Shown piece after piece: positions 19,246 through 29,209 of a stretch of 64,000 nt of DNA (positions within the stretch are counted from its first letter, which is position 1; each line of letters begins with the position of its first letter). A program made the translations under genes and the position numbers. The stretch is from Bacteriovoracaceae bacterium (GTDB lineage: Bacteria > Bdellovibrionota > Bacteriovoracia > Bacteriovoracales > Bacteriovoracaceae). The notes under the pieces were generated by a model. The model saw only the letters and a list, made by a program, of their open reading frames with translations. It made no database searches and was not told the origin of the DNA. The stretch covers positions 2,524,146-2,588,145 of the forward strand of contig OZ244226.1 in the NCBI GenBank assembly GCA_965217035.1. The letters are read 5' to 3'.

Positions 19246-19284
19246 TTTCATGTATTGTAAAACATGAATTATTTTTCATGTATT
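19246..19284. promoter_or_regulatory. Operator-like repeats upstream of the carbonic anhydrase
   Basis: Perfect ACATGAA-N6-TTCATGT (19262-19281) and direct repeat TTTCATGTATT (19246-19256, 19274-19284). Confidence 0.6.
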
Positions 19285-19393
19285 TTAGTATATGGAAAGA
19301 TTAAGTCAAACAATTTTGAGTCATTGTACGAGAGTTATCTAATTGATTCTACCAGGAGTAATAATTGTTCTGATAACCCTCATATGAATTTAT

Positions 19394-21502
19394 TTAGAAG
19401 TCAGCTGCAAATCTTATGTAAAACTCTCGGCCGCGATTAGGTCCCCAGGTATGCAGTCCATCATAATGAGCATGATTGAAGTGCCAGTGCCAAGCAGAGG
19501 GGTTATCACCTCGACCAGTCTGCGTGTCATTAAGGAGGTTAGATATCCCAAAGATAGCACTATATTTCTTTTTAAATTTATAAGTAAGCGAAGTATCAAG
19601 CATGTAATAAATAGGAGCTGTTTGATCTTTTTGTTCATCACCTCGAGTTTCTATTGGAAACTGGTTTCTATCAACGTCATGTTCTGTATAACGGCCATAT
19701 CGAGAGAGATCTCTTGAACCAACAATAGTTGCCGTTAAATTATGAGTCCAAGGTCCATGTGCGTAGCTGGACTTTATTTGAAGCCGGCTTTCAATGGCTG
19801 CGGTAGGAAGTTTTGAAGTGTACTTGCCTTGATAGTTAAAAAATTCAAGACTCCCTTCGAGCATCCAGCCAGGAGTCACTTTATATCCCAACAAGAGATC
19901 ACTTGCCCAAATATCATAACCTTCATCGGTATTTCGATAAAAGATCGGATTTCCTTCGGACTCAAAACCATAGGCCATATCTATCAGGTGGGTATAATGA
20001 ACCCCTCCAGTGATGTAGTACTTGGGGGTGTTATAACTTAATGAGTAGACAAGAGAGTGAGCTTTTTCAAGATCAGTGATATCAACCTGATAACCATTTT
20101 CATTATTACCGTGTTGAGACTCAAAGAAAGTTAAGGGGGCCCGATACCCATATCCATAAGAAAACCGCTGTGTGAGATGGTGTGAAACTTTATGATAAAG
20201 TTGATATCTAGGGGCGACAATCAGTTTTTCAACTTCATTTGTTAGGTCGGTCCAATTGATCCTAACGCTATCAATTCTAAGAGCAAAATCCATTTCAAGA
20301 TTAGCTGCATGAAGATAGCTATATTTGAGATAACCAGCATAAGAAGTATTATCAAAGTTATCTTTAGGTATACTACGATTCACGAAGAGTTCTTCTGATG
20401 CTGATCTTAATCTTTGAGTTTTATGAAAAAAACCGATCTTGAAGATATGAGAGCTATTGGCTAACCAGTTTAAACTAAAATCAGAGACAAAGAGGTTATC
20501 GTTATGAGCATAATCAAAACCATGCTGATAAATAGCTTCTTGTTCTTGTCTCGCAAAACCAGAATTCCATTCCATTGTCAGTGTTTGTGACAGATACTTT
20601 ATCCAATGAACGGCTGCCTCGTATCTTTTAAGCGAAACCCAATCTGTAATTTGCTCTGGATCTCCAAGGTATCTTTTCTCAACATTACCATCTTGAAAGT
20701 CTGATTCTTGGGCGGGAGTTGCTCTTACTGCATTTGGTCTCGTCGGATTTGTCGGTCCTCCAAGGATAGTAAGATTCGAATGGCTTAATCGTAGTTGAAT
20801 ATCATTCTTTCGATTAAGTAAAATTCTTTCTTTTAAAAAGAGACTATAGTTATCTCTTTGAGGAGATTCGGCGACTCCATTTTCGTCTTCATCCCATGTT
20901 TCCTGTTTTGTATATTGAGCTCCAAATGTGAATCCATGAGTTTTATCATTTGAGGGAAGTGAAAACAGAGCAGAGTGGTTTTGTGCTGTTCCATTGAGAG
21001 TATCATCAACATTAAGAGAGGTACTATAACTCTGTTTCTTTGTTAATGGATCTACCGTAATGAGATTAAGAGTTCCTCCGATTGCCTCTGGATTAGTCAT
21101 TGAAGCTCCAGTTCCTCTCATTACTTCAATTCGTTCGATTCCATTAACCGGAACACTATCAACTCCATAAAAGCTCGATACGGCAGAATGAAGAGGAAGT
21201 CCATCGACAAGAATGGAAGTGTGTTCTCCCTTAAGCCCATTAATGGTGAGTCGCTTAGCTCCACAATTTGAACAATAAGTTTGGGCGTCAACTCCTACTT
21301 GGTCCTTAACGAGATCAGCGAGAGTTTGTCTGTTAGAATCTCGAAATTTCTCTCCAGAAACGTTTTCAACTTTATAGGTAGAATAGGGGTTAAGAGGTGC
21401 AGAAACCTCTTCTTTATCATCAACGACGATTGTCGAGATTGTCTCTTGTGAGTAAAGTTGGAGCGAGCCTAATAAAAATAAACCTAAAAATTTTAGAAAC
21501 AC
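19394..21502 (-). CDS. TonB-dependent receptor, probably for a metal
   Basis: Plug motifs INGLKGEHTSILVDG and IERIEVMRG, CSNC in the plug, His-rich C-terminal loop, terminal Phe. Confidence 0.93.
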   Translation of the reverse strand: MFLKFLGLFLLGSLQLYSQETISTIVVDDKEEVSAPLNPYSTYKVENVSGEKFRDSNRQTLADLVKDQVGVDAQTYCSNCGAKRLTINGLKGEHTSILVDGLPLHSAVSSFYGVDSVPVNGIERIEVMRGTGASMTNPEAIGGTLNLITVDPLTKKQSYSTSLNVDDTLNGTAQNHSALFSLPSNDKTHGFTFGAQYTKQETWDEDENGVAESPQRDNYSLFLKERILLNRKNDIQLRLSHSNLTILGGPTNPTRPNAVRATPAQESDFQDGNVEKRYLGDPEQITDWVSLKRYEAAVHWIKYLSQTLTMEWNSGFARQEQEAIYQHGFDYAHNDNLFVSDFSLNWLANSSHIFKIGFFHKTQRLRSASEELFVNRSIPKDNFDNTSYAGYLKYSYLHAANLEMDFALRIDSVRINWTDLTNEVEKLIVAPRYQLYHKVSHHLTQRFSYGYGYRAPLTFFESQHGNNENGYQVDITDLEKAHSLVYSLSYNTPKYYITGGVHYTHLIDMAYGFESEGNPIFYRNTDEGYDIWASDLLLGYKVTPGWMLEGSLEFFNYQGKYTSKLPTAAIESRLQIKSSYAHGPWTHNLTATIVGSRDLSRYGRYTEHDVDRNQFPIETRGDEQKDQTAPIYYMLDTSLTYKFKKKYSAIFGISNLLNDTQTGRGDNPSAWHWHFNHAHYDGLHTWGPNRGREFYIRFAADF

Positions 21503-21508
21503 TATGAC

Positions 21509-22246
21509 TTAGTCGTGATCGTGGTCGTGATTATCTTCATCATGCCCATCAAGGACAAAATCAACTTCTTCAACTCCTACAGGCTTATAGTTCTTGCAAG
21601 TTGCTCCATCGTAATGATCATGATGAACGACTTTCATATTTAGAAAACTAACAGAGTCTAAAACATCGAGCTTGTTCGTCAATTCTGCTTCATCTTCAAC
21701 TACTGCTTCGAGATTTTCAATAAAATTATGAGGATCGGTTGAATCTTTAAATTCGATTCTCAGGTATTGTTTAAGAAGGCCCTCTTCTTCATATTGTCTT
21801 AAGGAGTTTGGATTCAACTCTTCTTCACTTGATTCTTTGAGAGAAAGCGAAAGAAGGACAGGAATTGTGCTTGGTTCATTTGAATCTTCATCGTAATAAA
21901 CATTTGTTGATTCATTATATTTTAAAAATTTACCTTCTCCTGCACTTGGAGAATGGCCATGAATGCTATAATCAACTTTCATTAAAAGGTGATGACCTTC
22001 TTCCCTATGATCATGATTGTCACCATCCTCATGCTCTTCTTCAACTAGGGCCACATAGAAGTTGCATGTTTTAGCATCGTTGTCTTTTCCCTCATATTTT
22101 ACGGCCATAGCGATAACAGTTTCCGCTTCAGGGGTGATTGCTTGTTGGTTATTATCAGGGTTTGGGGCAACAGAGCTGTCTGGACTATCAGCACATGAAA
22201 TAAGAGTAAAAATTAAAAGGCAAGTCATCGAAATTGCTTTAAGCAT
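21509..22246 (-). CDS. His/Asp/Glu-rich lipoprotein (putative metal-binding partner of the TonB receptor)
   Basis: Lipobox LISC; HEDGDNHDHREEGHH, HHDHYD, terminal HDEDNHDHDHD. Confidence 0.8.
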   Translation of the reverse strand: MLKAISMTCLLIFTLISCADSPDSSVAPNPDNNQQAITPEAETVIAMAVKYEGKDNDAKTCNFYVALVEEEHEDGDNHDHREEGHHLLMKVDYSIHGHSPSAGEGKFLKYNESTNVYYDEDSNEPSTIPVLLSLSLKESSEEELNPNSLRQYEEEGLLKQYLRIEFKDSTDPHNFIENLEAVVEDEAELTNKLDVLDSVSFLNMKVVHHDHYDGATCKNYKPVGVEEVDFVLDGHDEDNHDHDHD

Positions 22247-22273
22247 AAGGGCTCCAAAGAAAGCGGTATTTAT

Positions 22274-22288
22274 TGCAAATCATTTGCA
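22274..22288. promoter_or_regulatory. Putative Fur/Zur-family operator
   Basis: Perfect 7-1-7 palindrome TGCAAAT-C-ATTTGCA, 28 nt upstream of the lipoprotein start. Confidence 0.7.
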
Positions 22289-22422
22289 TTTAACGTCTTA
22301 TAGGGTATATTTCAGATTGCCTGTATTTGCAAGGTCCGTCTCATGACAGAGAATTTTCTACATAATATATTAGGACGAATTTGTTCTTTAAAACTCCATT
22401 TTTTCAAAGGAAATAACTCGTA

Positions 22423-22836
22423 GTGTCTAAGGTTTTATTTTTGTTCGTCGTTGTTGGATCGGTTTCAGCTTCACCTTTTCTCAAGAGCCTTACTGATTCG
22501 AGCACTATTAAGCTTCAGGAGTTAAAAATTACTCCAACAATCTTTGTCCTTTTTCAGCCGAATTGTAGTTTTTGTCGAAAACAGGTTAAAGATCTAAAAT
22601 GTCTTAAAAAGAAATATCGGATTGTCTTACTTGGAGCTTTTGCAGCTGAAAAAGAACTGCGGGATGAGTATCTTAAAACTGGAGTTTCTTTTCCTGCTTA
22701 TTTCGTAAGTTCTGATGTCTTAAAGCAATTTGATATCCGCTCAAAAGCAACTCCCCAAATCTACTATTCTGAAAAAGGTTCAACTCCTATCTCGATAGGT
22801 TTTAAGAAATGTGAAGAACTTAAGAAACTTTTCTAA
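22423..22836 (+). CDS. Exported thioredoxin-fold protein
   Basis: FQPNCSFC CxxC, ATP cis-Pro loop, N-terminal signal. Confidence 0.75.
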   Translation: MSKVLFLFVVVGSVSASPFLKSLTDSSTIKLQELKITPTIFVLFQPNCSFCRKQVKDLKCLKKKYRIVLLGAFAAEKELRDEYLKTGVSFPAYFVSSDVLKQFDIRSKATPQIYYSEKGSTPISIGFKKCEELKKLF

Positions 22837-22945
22837 CAAGGATAGATCTAATAAACTTTTTTGGATTTCCTGCTTGAGTTTGTTGTCATAGAGCTAACTT
22901 AAAGCCTTCAGCGTAAAAGTCCTCTGAATTATTGGTTTTTTTTAC

Positions 22946-23263
22946 TTATTCAAGCTCAAGGTCATTACAAAGTTTGTGAGCTTCTTTGATGGTCATCTCT
23001 CCAGGGAGGTGATGGATTGTTTTTTTGACTGTAACACAATTAGCAGTGTTATTGATATCCTCAAAATCGGACTGAGATCTATTTTCTCCAAAATATCTAA
23101 CAACAATATTCTTCTCTAGTCTTTCAGAAAGTATATCAGCATTTTCTTCAGTGATCTTAATATTTTTATTACAACTAAACGTACTTGATTCTCCTGTTAT
23201 ACAGGCATGTCCTTGTAAGCTATAAGCAAGAATAAAGAGAACAAGAAGGGGCGTTGCTTTCAT
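22946..23263 (-). CDS. Small secreted hypothetical protein
   Basis: AGGTG RBS, signal peptide, four Cys. Confidence 0.7.
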   Translation of the reverse strand: MKATPLLVLFILAYSLQGHACITGESSTFSCNKNIKITEENADILSERLEKNIVVRYFGENRSQSDFEDINNTANCVTVKKTIHHLPGEMTIKEAHKLCNDLELE

Positions 23264-23581
23264 TTTTCACCTTTTTAAGAAAAAGCTACCGATTGTAAAG
23301 ACAACCGTCAAGTGAGTCTGTTTGAGATTCTAATTTAAAGATTAAAGAAAGCTTCTCCTGAAGCGAGAAAGATACTGATGATCTTCAGTTCTTTTTCATC
23401 GATTTAGGAAAGCATTTGATGTGCATAAAAGAGTGAGAACCCTAAGATTATTGCGAATATACTTTTCATAAGCTCTTAAGCGTTATTTTGAATCATTAAT
23501 TTATTTAATTTTAATGTCTTAGGAATATGTCTGAATGATTAAGAGATTGGAAGGCCGAGAGAGAATCTCGACCTTTAAGAA

Positions 23582-24484
23582 TTAATTATTAAGCAGTTGA
23601 AGTAGCTCTTTCCAGTTTGATTGTCCATCAAGGAATCGTATCCCAAGATTAATACTTGAACCAGTGATTGATGAGAGTCCTAAGTTGCGTCCTTTTGAAA
23701 TATCAGAACTATCAATGGCATGAACTCTGGGACCTTCGCTGACATAACTTCTTCCGACAATCACTGAGAAATTCGAAGTCTTATCAATCGTGAGAGTTGC
23801 AAATTTTCCTATCAGTTTATCTTGGTTTCCATCATATCCACAGTCAGCTCTTCGGTCGCAGAAAGAGCGAGTGTTATCGATATAAACTTTCTCGTAACCA
23901 AGGTTTGCTCCGAAGTTTGTTGCAAGACCGATTGATGGGGCAAGGTATCTCCTTCTTCGAGCATCACTTCCTTGGCAAGTTAAAGTTCCAAGTCCAATCT
24001 TCGCTCCTATCAAAACAGCTCCTTGAACATATACTCTCTTGAAGACACAACGATTTTCAACAAACATTAGTTTGCTAATAAGATCCCTCGATTCAGGATC
24101 TTTTTCTAATAAAGATAATAGTTGTTTGTTTGTAAGTGATTTCTTAGCTTTTTTTGTTTTATTTTTTAGTTTCCTGCATTCTTTTCTCAACTCTATCAAG
24201 TCATTTCCAGAAGAAGCTGTTTTAAGTTTAGCGAAAACTAGTTGTGCCGCTTCAATATGTGCTTGTGACTTCTTTTTTTTCTGAGCTATTCTTCGTAGAC
24301 ATTTTAAGACTTTAACTTGTTTCTTTTCGAGAGAATTGAGTTTGTATTTTTCCTTCAGAGGATTATTTTTCTTAATATACTCCAAATCATATTCTGAATA
24401 ATTAAAAACATAATCAATAAAGTTATCTTGTGCGAAAGAACTGAGAGTCATGAGAGTAATTAAAGCAACGATCGATCTTTTCAT
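23582..24484 (-). CDS. Secreted hypothetical protein
   Basis: AAGGAG RBS before the ATG at 24484; signal ending SSFA. Confidence 0.75.
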   Translation of the reverse strand: MKRSIVALITLMTLSSFAQDNFIDYVFNYSEYDLEYIKKNNPLKEKYKLNSLEKKQVKVLKCLRRIAQKKKKSQAHIEAAQLVFAKLKTASSGNDLIELRKECRKLKNKTKKAKKSLTNKQLLSLLEKDPESRDLISKLMFVENRCVFKRVYVQGAVLIGAKIGLGTLTCQGSDARRRRYLAPSIGLATNFGANLGYEKVYIDNTRSFCDRRADCGYDGNQDKLIGKFATLTIDKTSNFSVIVGRSYVSEGPRVHAIDSSDISKGRNLGLSSITGSSINLGIRFLDGQSNWKELLQLLNN

Positions 24485-24819
24485 CTTCTTCTCCTTGAGC
24501 TCGTTAGTATACTTCTTTTTTATATATTTGTAAGACAAGTTGTTCCATTTGAGAAATGATGTGAGGGGCTTATATCTCTATATTTAAGTTAGAACAAATC
24601 GCAGAGTTCGAATTTACAAGATAAAAATTGAGATTTCAGTTACTTGTCGCTGAGTTCTCGAAGCAAGAGTTCTTAGTTATCCTCTCAAGGAAATTCCCTT
24701 ATTATAAAGTTGAATCGATATCGCGTTGTTTAATAAATTTTCCATGAATCAAGGGTAGGGGGGGAAGAGTGTTTCAGAAACCGGTGACTCTTTGTGAGTT
24801 TGTAAAAACTTTAAGTGAG

Positions 24820-25296
24820 CTAATATATAGATTTTACGGTATAAATTCGGTTTGAATTTCCGGCTGAGACTTCAAAATCATCACCAAGACTTAAGTTTAC
24901 AAGTTCTCTTCCTATGGGAGAGAAAACAGAAATTATAAGGATCGTCTCTTCTTGGACCTTAAGGAGTGTTCCCCCTGAAGCAGAGGATAAGAAGTGTTTT
25001 CTAATATTTCCGTTGAAATCAAGGTCTATGAGTGAGCCGATAGAGACAGTGTCATTACTTGCTTGGAACTCGATAGATTCTAAGAGTTCAATATCTTGCT
25101 TGATTTCTTCAACTCTTTTCGCTTGAGCTCCAGCAAGATAACCGGCTTCAATACCACGAGTATCATATTTTCCGTCTGATTTGAGATCTCCCTCAATGGT
25201 GAGACTTTTGGCAGATACAGAGGCTTCCATGGCCTTCTCTAATCTTTCTTGAGCCTGCTGGATTAATATTTTCTTTATTTCTTCTTTAATATTCAT
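24820..25296 (-). CDS. GreA/GreB-family elongation factor-like protein
   Basis: KYDTRGIEAGYLA, VSIGSLI, SVFSPIGREL..LSLGD. Confidence 0.85.
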   Translation of the reverse strand: MNIKEEIKKILIQQAQERLEKAMEASVSAKSLTIEGDLKSDGKYDTRGIEAGYLAGAQAKRVEEIKQDIELLESIEFQASNDTVSIGSLIDLDFNGNIRKHFLSSASGGTLLKVQEETILIISVFSPIGRELVNLSLGDDFEVSAGNSNRIYTVKSIY

Positions 25297-25371
25297 TCAT
25301 TATTCTTAGTCAAAACTTATACTTTTGATTTTAACTCCCTAGTGAACCATTTTAAATGATAATATTGAAGA

Positions 25372-25551
25372 ATGTTTAGATTATTTAAAAAAGATCCTGT
25401 TGGAAAGATGAAAAAAGAGTACGCCAAGCTTCTTGAAAAAGGAATGCAGGCTCAAAGAAATGGAAATATAGAGCTTTATGCGAAGCTTTCTAAAGAAGCT
25501 GATGACCTAATGAAAAAAATCGATGAAATCGAGAAACCTAAAAATTCCTAA
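25372..25551 (+). CDS. Small 59-aa protein (DUF6435-like), below the ORF-track cutoff
   Basis: MFRLFKKDPVGKMKKEYAKLLEKGMQAQRNGNIELYAKLSKEADDLMKKIDEIEKPNS-type helical sequence with the AQRNG motif; translated by hand. Confidence 0.75.
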   Translation: MFRLFKKDPVGKMKKEYAKLLEKGMQAQRNGNIELYAKLSKEADDLMKKIDEIEKPKNS

Positions 25552-26837
25552 GTCATCAATTTTGTTAAAATACCAAGAATTGTACAAGCCCCAAGGATTC
25601 TAAAGAGACCTTGCTTTAATTTGAATTGTATTAAAAGAGCGACTCCACAAATTCCAGCGGCATAAAAATCGATTGAGTTCAAAATAGGATATTGAAAATC
25701 AAGAATTCCATTTTGTATATTTTTAGATTTCAAAAATAATGAATTCAGTACAAACCAAAGTGAAAGATTAAAAATGACTCCAACAACACTTGCAGTGATC
25801 GCACTCAAAGCATTACTCAGGACTTTTTGTCCTCTAATAAATTCAACATAAGGAGCAAAAGTAAAAATAAAGAGAAAGCATGGGGCAAAGGTCATCCAAG
25901 TTGTAAGAACTGAACCTAAAAAAGCACTGAAAAGCGGATTAAAACTTTCTGGGAAACGATAAGCTCCCATGAACCCTACATATTGAACAACTTGGATGAG
26001 TGGACCTGGAGTTGTTTCTGCGAGAGCAAGGCCATCAAGCATTTCGCCACTTTGTAACCAACCGTATACTTCAACTCCTTGTTGAGCAACATAGCTTAAA
26101 GCTGCGTAAGCTCCTCCAAATGTTACGAGTGACATCTTACTAAAAAAAACATTTATGGCATGCAAAGAGGATTGCGGTCCTAACCAAAGATAAACTCCAC
26201 AGAGAGGAAGCATCCAAATGAGAATCCAGATTGATAGAGTTTTAACTGTTTGAAAAAGGGAAGGGAGTTCTAAGTTGTTTATTTCGCTTCTATCATTATT
26301 TTTAAAAAAAAATCCATGAAGTATTCCAATTATTCCAGAGCTTATAACAACCAATGGAAAGCTTAGATTAAAAAAGAATAAAGCAATAAACGCTAATCCC
26401 GCAAGCAACCAATAGAAAAAACTCTTTAAGGACTTTTTTGAAATCCGATAAAGTGCTGCTAAAACAATGACAATAATTGCTGGTTTTATTCCGTAAAAAA
26501 GTCCCTGAACAATCGAAACATCTTGGTAAAGAATATAGATATAAGAGAGAGCAAGAATTGAAAGAAAACCAGGAAGAATAAAAAGCCCTCCGGCGATAAG
26601 CCCTCCTCTCCACTTGCTCATAAGCCAACCCATGTAAGTTGCTAATTGCTGAGCTTCTGGTCCAGGGAGAAGCATGCAAAAATTGAGCGCATGAAGAAAG
26701 CGTTCCTCTGAAATGAGCTTTTTATCTTCAACTACAAGTTTATGAATAACTGCGATTTGCCCAGCTGGGCCACCAAAGCTATGAGCGGCGACATAACTCC
26801 AAACTTTGAATAATTCTTTTGTTCCAATTTTATTCAT
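25548..26837 (-). CDS. chrA: Chromate efflux transporter
   Basis: SFGGPAGQIA, LPGPEAQQLA, TFGGAYA, AETTPGP; two homologous halves. Confidence 0.93.
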   Translation of the reverse strand: MNKIGTKELFKVWSYVAAHSFGGPAGQIAVIHKLVVEDKKLISEERFLHALNFCMLLPGPEAQQLATYMGWLMSKWRGGLIAGGLFILPGFLSILALSYIYILYQDVSIVQGLFYGIKPAIIVIVLAALYRISKKSLKSFFYWLLAGLAFIALFFFNLSFPLVVISSGIIGILHGFFFKNNDRSEINNLELPSLFQTVKTLSIWILIWMLPLCGVYLWLGPQSSLHAINVFFSKMSLVTFGGAYAALSYVAQQGVEVYGWLQSGEMLDGLALAETTPGPLIQVVQYVGFMGAYRFPESFNPLFSAFLGSVLTTWMTFAPCFLFIFTFAPYVEFIRGQKVLSNALSAITASVVGVIFNLSLWFVLNSLFLKSKNIQNGILDFQYPILNSIDFYAAGICGVALLIQFKLKQGLFRILGACTILGILTKLMT

Positions 26838-26942
26838 TTAGTCTTTAGCTTACCTTTTTGAGGAAGAGTCGTCATGGATTCAAGTGGTTTTGACTTGATC
26901 TTAATCATGTTAGTCTAATAAGGAACTTAATAAGGAGCTATT

Positions 26943-27662
26943 ATGCAACAATCCGGAAATCCAACTCTAAAACCTGATGCTTTTCGCGTGTCTACTCTAC
27001 CTGGTGAGGAGGTTATGACTCAGAATGGGACCTATTTAAAAACAGCTGTTCTTTTAGTTCTTTGTGTTTTTAGTGCGAGTTATACTTGGGGCTCTACAAA
27101 TCCAGTCTATCTTTGGGGCGGATTAATCGGTGGTTTGGTCTTAGCGATTATAACTGTATTTAAAAAAGAATGGTCTCCTATAACAGCTCCACTCTATGCT
27201 TTAGCTGAGGGACTTGTCTTAGGTGGAATTTCTTCGATGTATGCCTCTCAGTATCCAGGAATTGTCGAAAATGCTATTATGTTAACTTTTGCAGTTATGG
27301 CGGTCATGCTTTTTACTTACAGTACAGGAATGATAAAAGTGACTGATACTTTTCGAACAGTGATTACTATTGCAACGGGTGCGATTTTTTTAGTTTATAT
27401 TGTCTCTCTGATTATGGGATTCTTTGGAACCTCAATTCCAATGATTCATGGAGCTGGTCCAATTGGAATTGGGTTTAGTGTCATCGTTGTTGGGATAGCA
27501 GCTTTTAACTTGATGCTAGACTTTGATTTTATTGATCGAGCTGCGAATACAGGCAATAGTCCGAAATATATGGAATGGTACGGAGCTTTCGGTCTTGTTG
27601 TGACTCTCGTATGGCTTTACTTGGAAATCCTGAGGTTACTCTCAAAATTAAATCGTCGTTAA
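26943..27662 (+). CDS. Bax inhibitor-1/YccA family membrane protein
   Basis: SGNP start, YALAEG, LDFDFI, EWYGAFGLVVTLVWLYLEILRLL. Confidence 0.92.
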   Translation: MQQSGNPTLKPDAFRVSTLPGEEVMTQNGTYLKTAVLLVLCVFSASYTWGSTNPVYLWGGLIGGLVLAIITVFKKEWSPITAPLYALAEGLVLGGISSMYASQYPGIVENAIMLTFAVMAVMLFTYSTGMIKVTDTFRTVITIATGAIFLVYIVSLIMGFFGTSIPMIHGAGPIGIGFSVIVVGIAAFNLMLDFDFIDRAANTGNSPKYMEWYGAFGLVVTLVWLYLEILRLLSKLNRR

Positions 27663-27663
27663 G

Positions 27664-28248
27664 ATGATTGAGAGTTTAAAGGCCTTTGTATTTGATATGG
27701 ATGGGACTCTCATTAAGTCGGATTTAAACTTCGACTTAATGAGAGAAGAAATGCAGTTTCCTCAGGGAGCTCCGATTTTAGAGTATCTCGCGACACTTAC
27801 AGATGAAGAAGAGATAAAAAAAGCGAACGAGGTGATTCATCGTCATGAGCTTGAAGGGGCTAAAAGAGGGACACTCTTTTCCGGAGTTGAGTCACTTCTT
27901 AAGACGATTAAATCAAATGGTCATCCTCTTGGTTTAATTACAAGAAACTCGACAGAGGTCACAGATATAGTTCTTGAAAAGTTTAATTTAAGTTTCGATA
28001 TCGTTTTCACAAGAGACAATTGTAAACCTAAGCCTGATCCAGAAGGCTTACTCATTATGGCCAAGGAATGGAATTTAAAAACAAATGAAATGATCTATAT
28101 TGGAGATTTTCTCTTCGACTTAAAAACGGCCCAAAATGCTGGTGCTTATTCAGGACTTTATTTAAATCCTAGAAATGAGCCTTTTAAAGATCAGGCTGAC
28201 TTCGTGATTGAAGATTACAGTCAATTCGAAGCCAGGCTTAAGAATTAA
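27664..28248 (+). CDS. HAD-superfamily hydrolase
   Basis: FDMDGTL, TRN, KPKPDP, IGDFLFD. Confidence 0.92.
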   Translation: MIESLKAFVFDMDGTLIKSDLNFDLMREEMQFPQGAPILEYLATLTDEEEIKKANEVIHRHELEGAKRGTLFSGVESLLKTIKSNGHPLGLITRNSTEVTDIVLEKFNLSFDIVFTRDNCKPKPDPEGLLIMAKEWNLKTNEMIYIGDFLFDLKTAQNAGAYSGLYLNPRNEPFKDQADFVIEDYSQFEARLKN

Positions 28249-29054
28249 ATATCACGTAAGCTTAATAATAACGTTCCTATAAAAATAATAACGGTAGATC
28301 CTCTGAAGACATTATGAACTCCGATATACTTATTATCTAACTTTAAGTCTCGGATCATCCCCATCGCCAAGAAGCATAATGAAGAAAGAAACGGAAATAA
28401 GAAGGCGAGGTGACCATCTCTTCCAAAAATCAAACCAGAAATTACACCTCCAGCAATGAAGCTAAAAAGGATCCCAATTCTTGTCATGTTTTTATTTCTT
28501 TCCTCTTTATACTTGTTAGGTTCACTTTCTTTCCATGCAAAAACTTTTGTCAAAAAGATTCCAATGTCAGTAGAAAGTCCTGTCATGTGAGTTGGCTTGA
28601 GAAATCCTCCTGTTGCTAAAGCACATGTCGAATTCTGAATTCCGCAGCAGAAAGAAAGTAGAAAAATGATTTTTATATTTTTGAGATCATCAGGAAGCAT
28701 ATGCCCATAGCTAGAAATCAAGAGAACTAAAAAGAAGAATAAAGCTTTAATAGAAAGAACGAGAATATAATTAGGCTCTTTCTTTTCTTCCATTTTTCTT
28801 CCAATAAAATGACCAGAAAAAGCTGCACCTGTAATAAAGGCAAGCAAGACAGTTAAAAAAGTAATAATAATCTTTTGATCAAGGCTTGAGATTCCCATAC
28901 CAATCTGGGAACTTGTTCCTGTTACGTGAGAAACAAAATTACCTGAAAGATAAAAAGCACCAACGTTAATATATCCAGCCTGAAACGCCATTAAAAACCA
29001 CATAAAATAAGTGGTCGGCTTACTAAAGTAAGCAGTGTCATCTATACGAAGCAT
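28245..29054 (-). CDS. YoaK/DUF1275 family membrane protein
   Basis: FQAGYIN, FVSHVTG, GIQN, THMTGLSTD; GGAGG RBS before the ATG at 29054. Confidence 0.88.
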   Translation of the reverse strand: MLRIDDTAYFSKPTTYFMWFLMAFQAGYINVGAFYLSGNFVSHVTGTSSQIGMGISSLDQKIIITFLTVLLAFITGAAFSGHFIGRKMEEKKEPNYILVLSIKALFFFLVLLISSYGHMLPDDLKNIKIIFLLSFCCGIQNSTCALATGGFLKPTHMTGLSTDIGIFLTKVFAWKESEPNKYKEERNKNMTRIGILFSFIAGGVISGLIFGRDGHLAFLFPFLSSLCFLAMGMIRDLKLDNKYIGVHNVFRGSTVIIFIGTLLLSLRDI

Positions 29055-29209
29055 TTTTTTTCCTCCAGTCGGTGTAACTCTCAATTCCGAACTTACTGAG
29101 AGTCGGTGCGAAAAACTATTCTAAAAATCGAATGAAAGTTATTAATTTTTTCTATGTTGGGATTTTATCGATTTGATCTATAGTAAAAAACAACCAAACG
29201 GGGGTGCTT

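Noticed and set aside
23330..23469. Minus-strand signal-peptide-like ORF MKSIFAIILGFSLFYAHQMLS
   Set aside because: Stops after 21 codons; possibly a remnant but not supportable.
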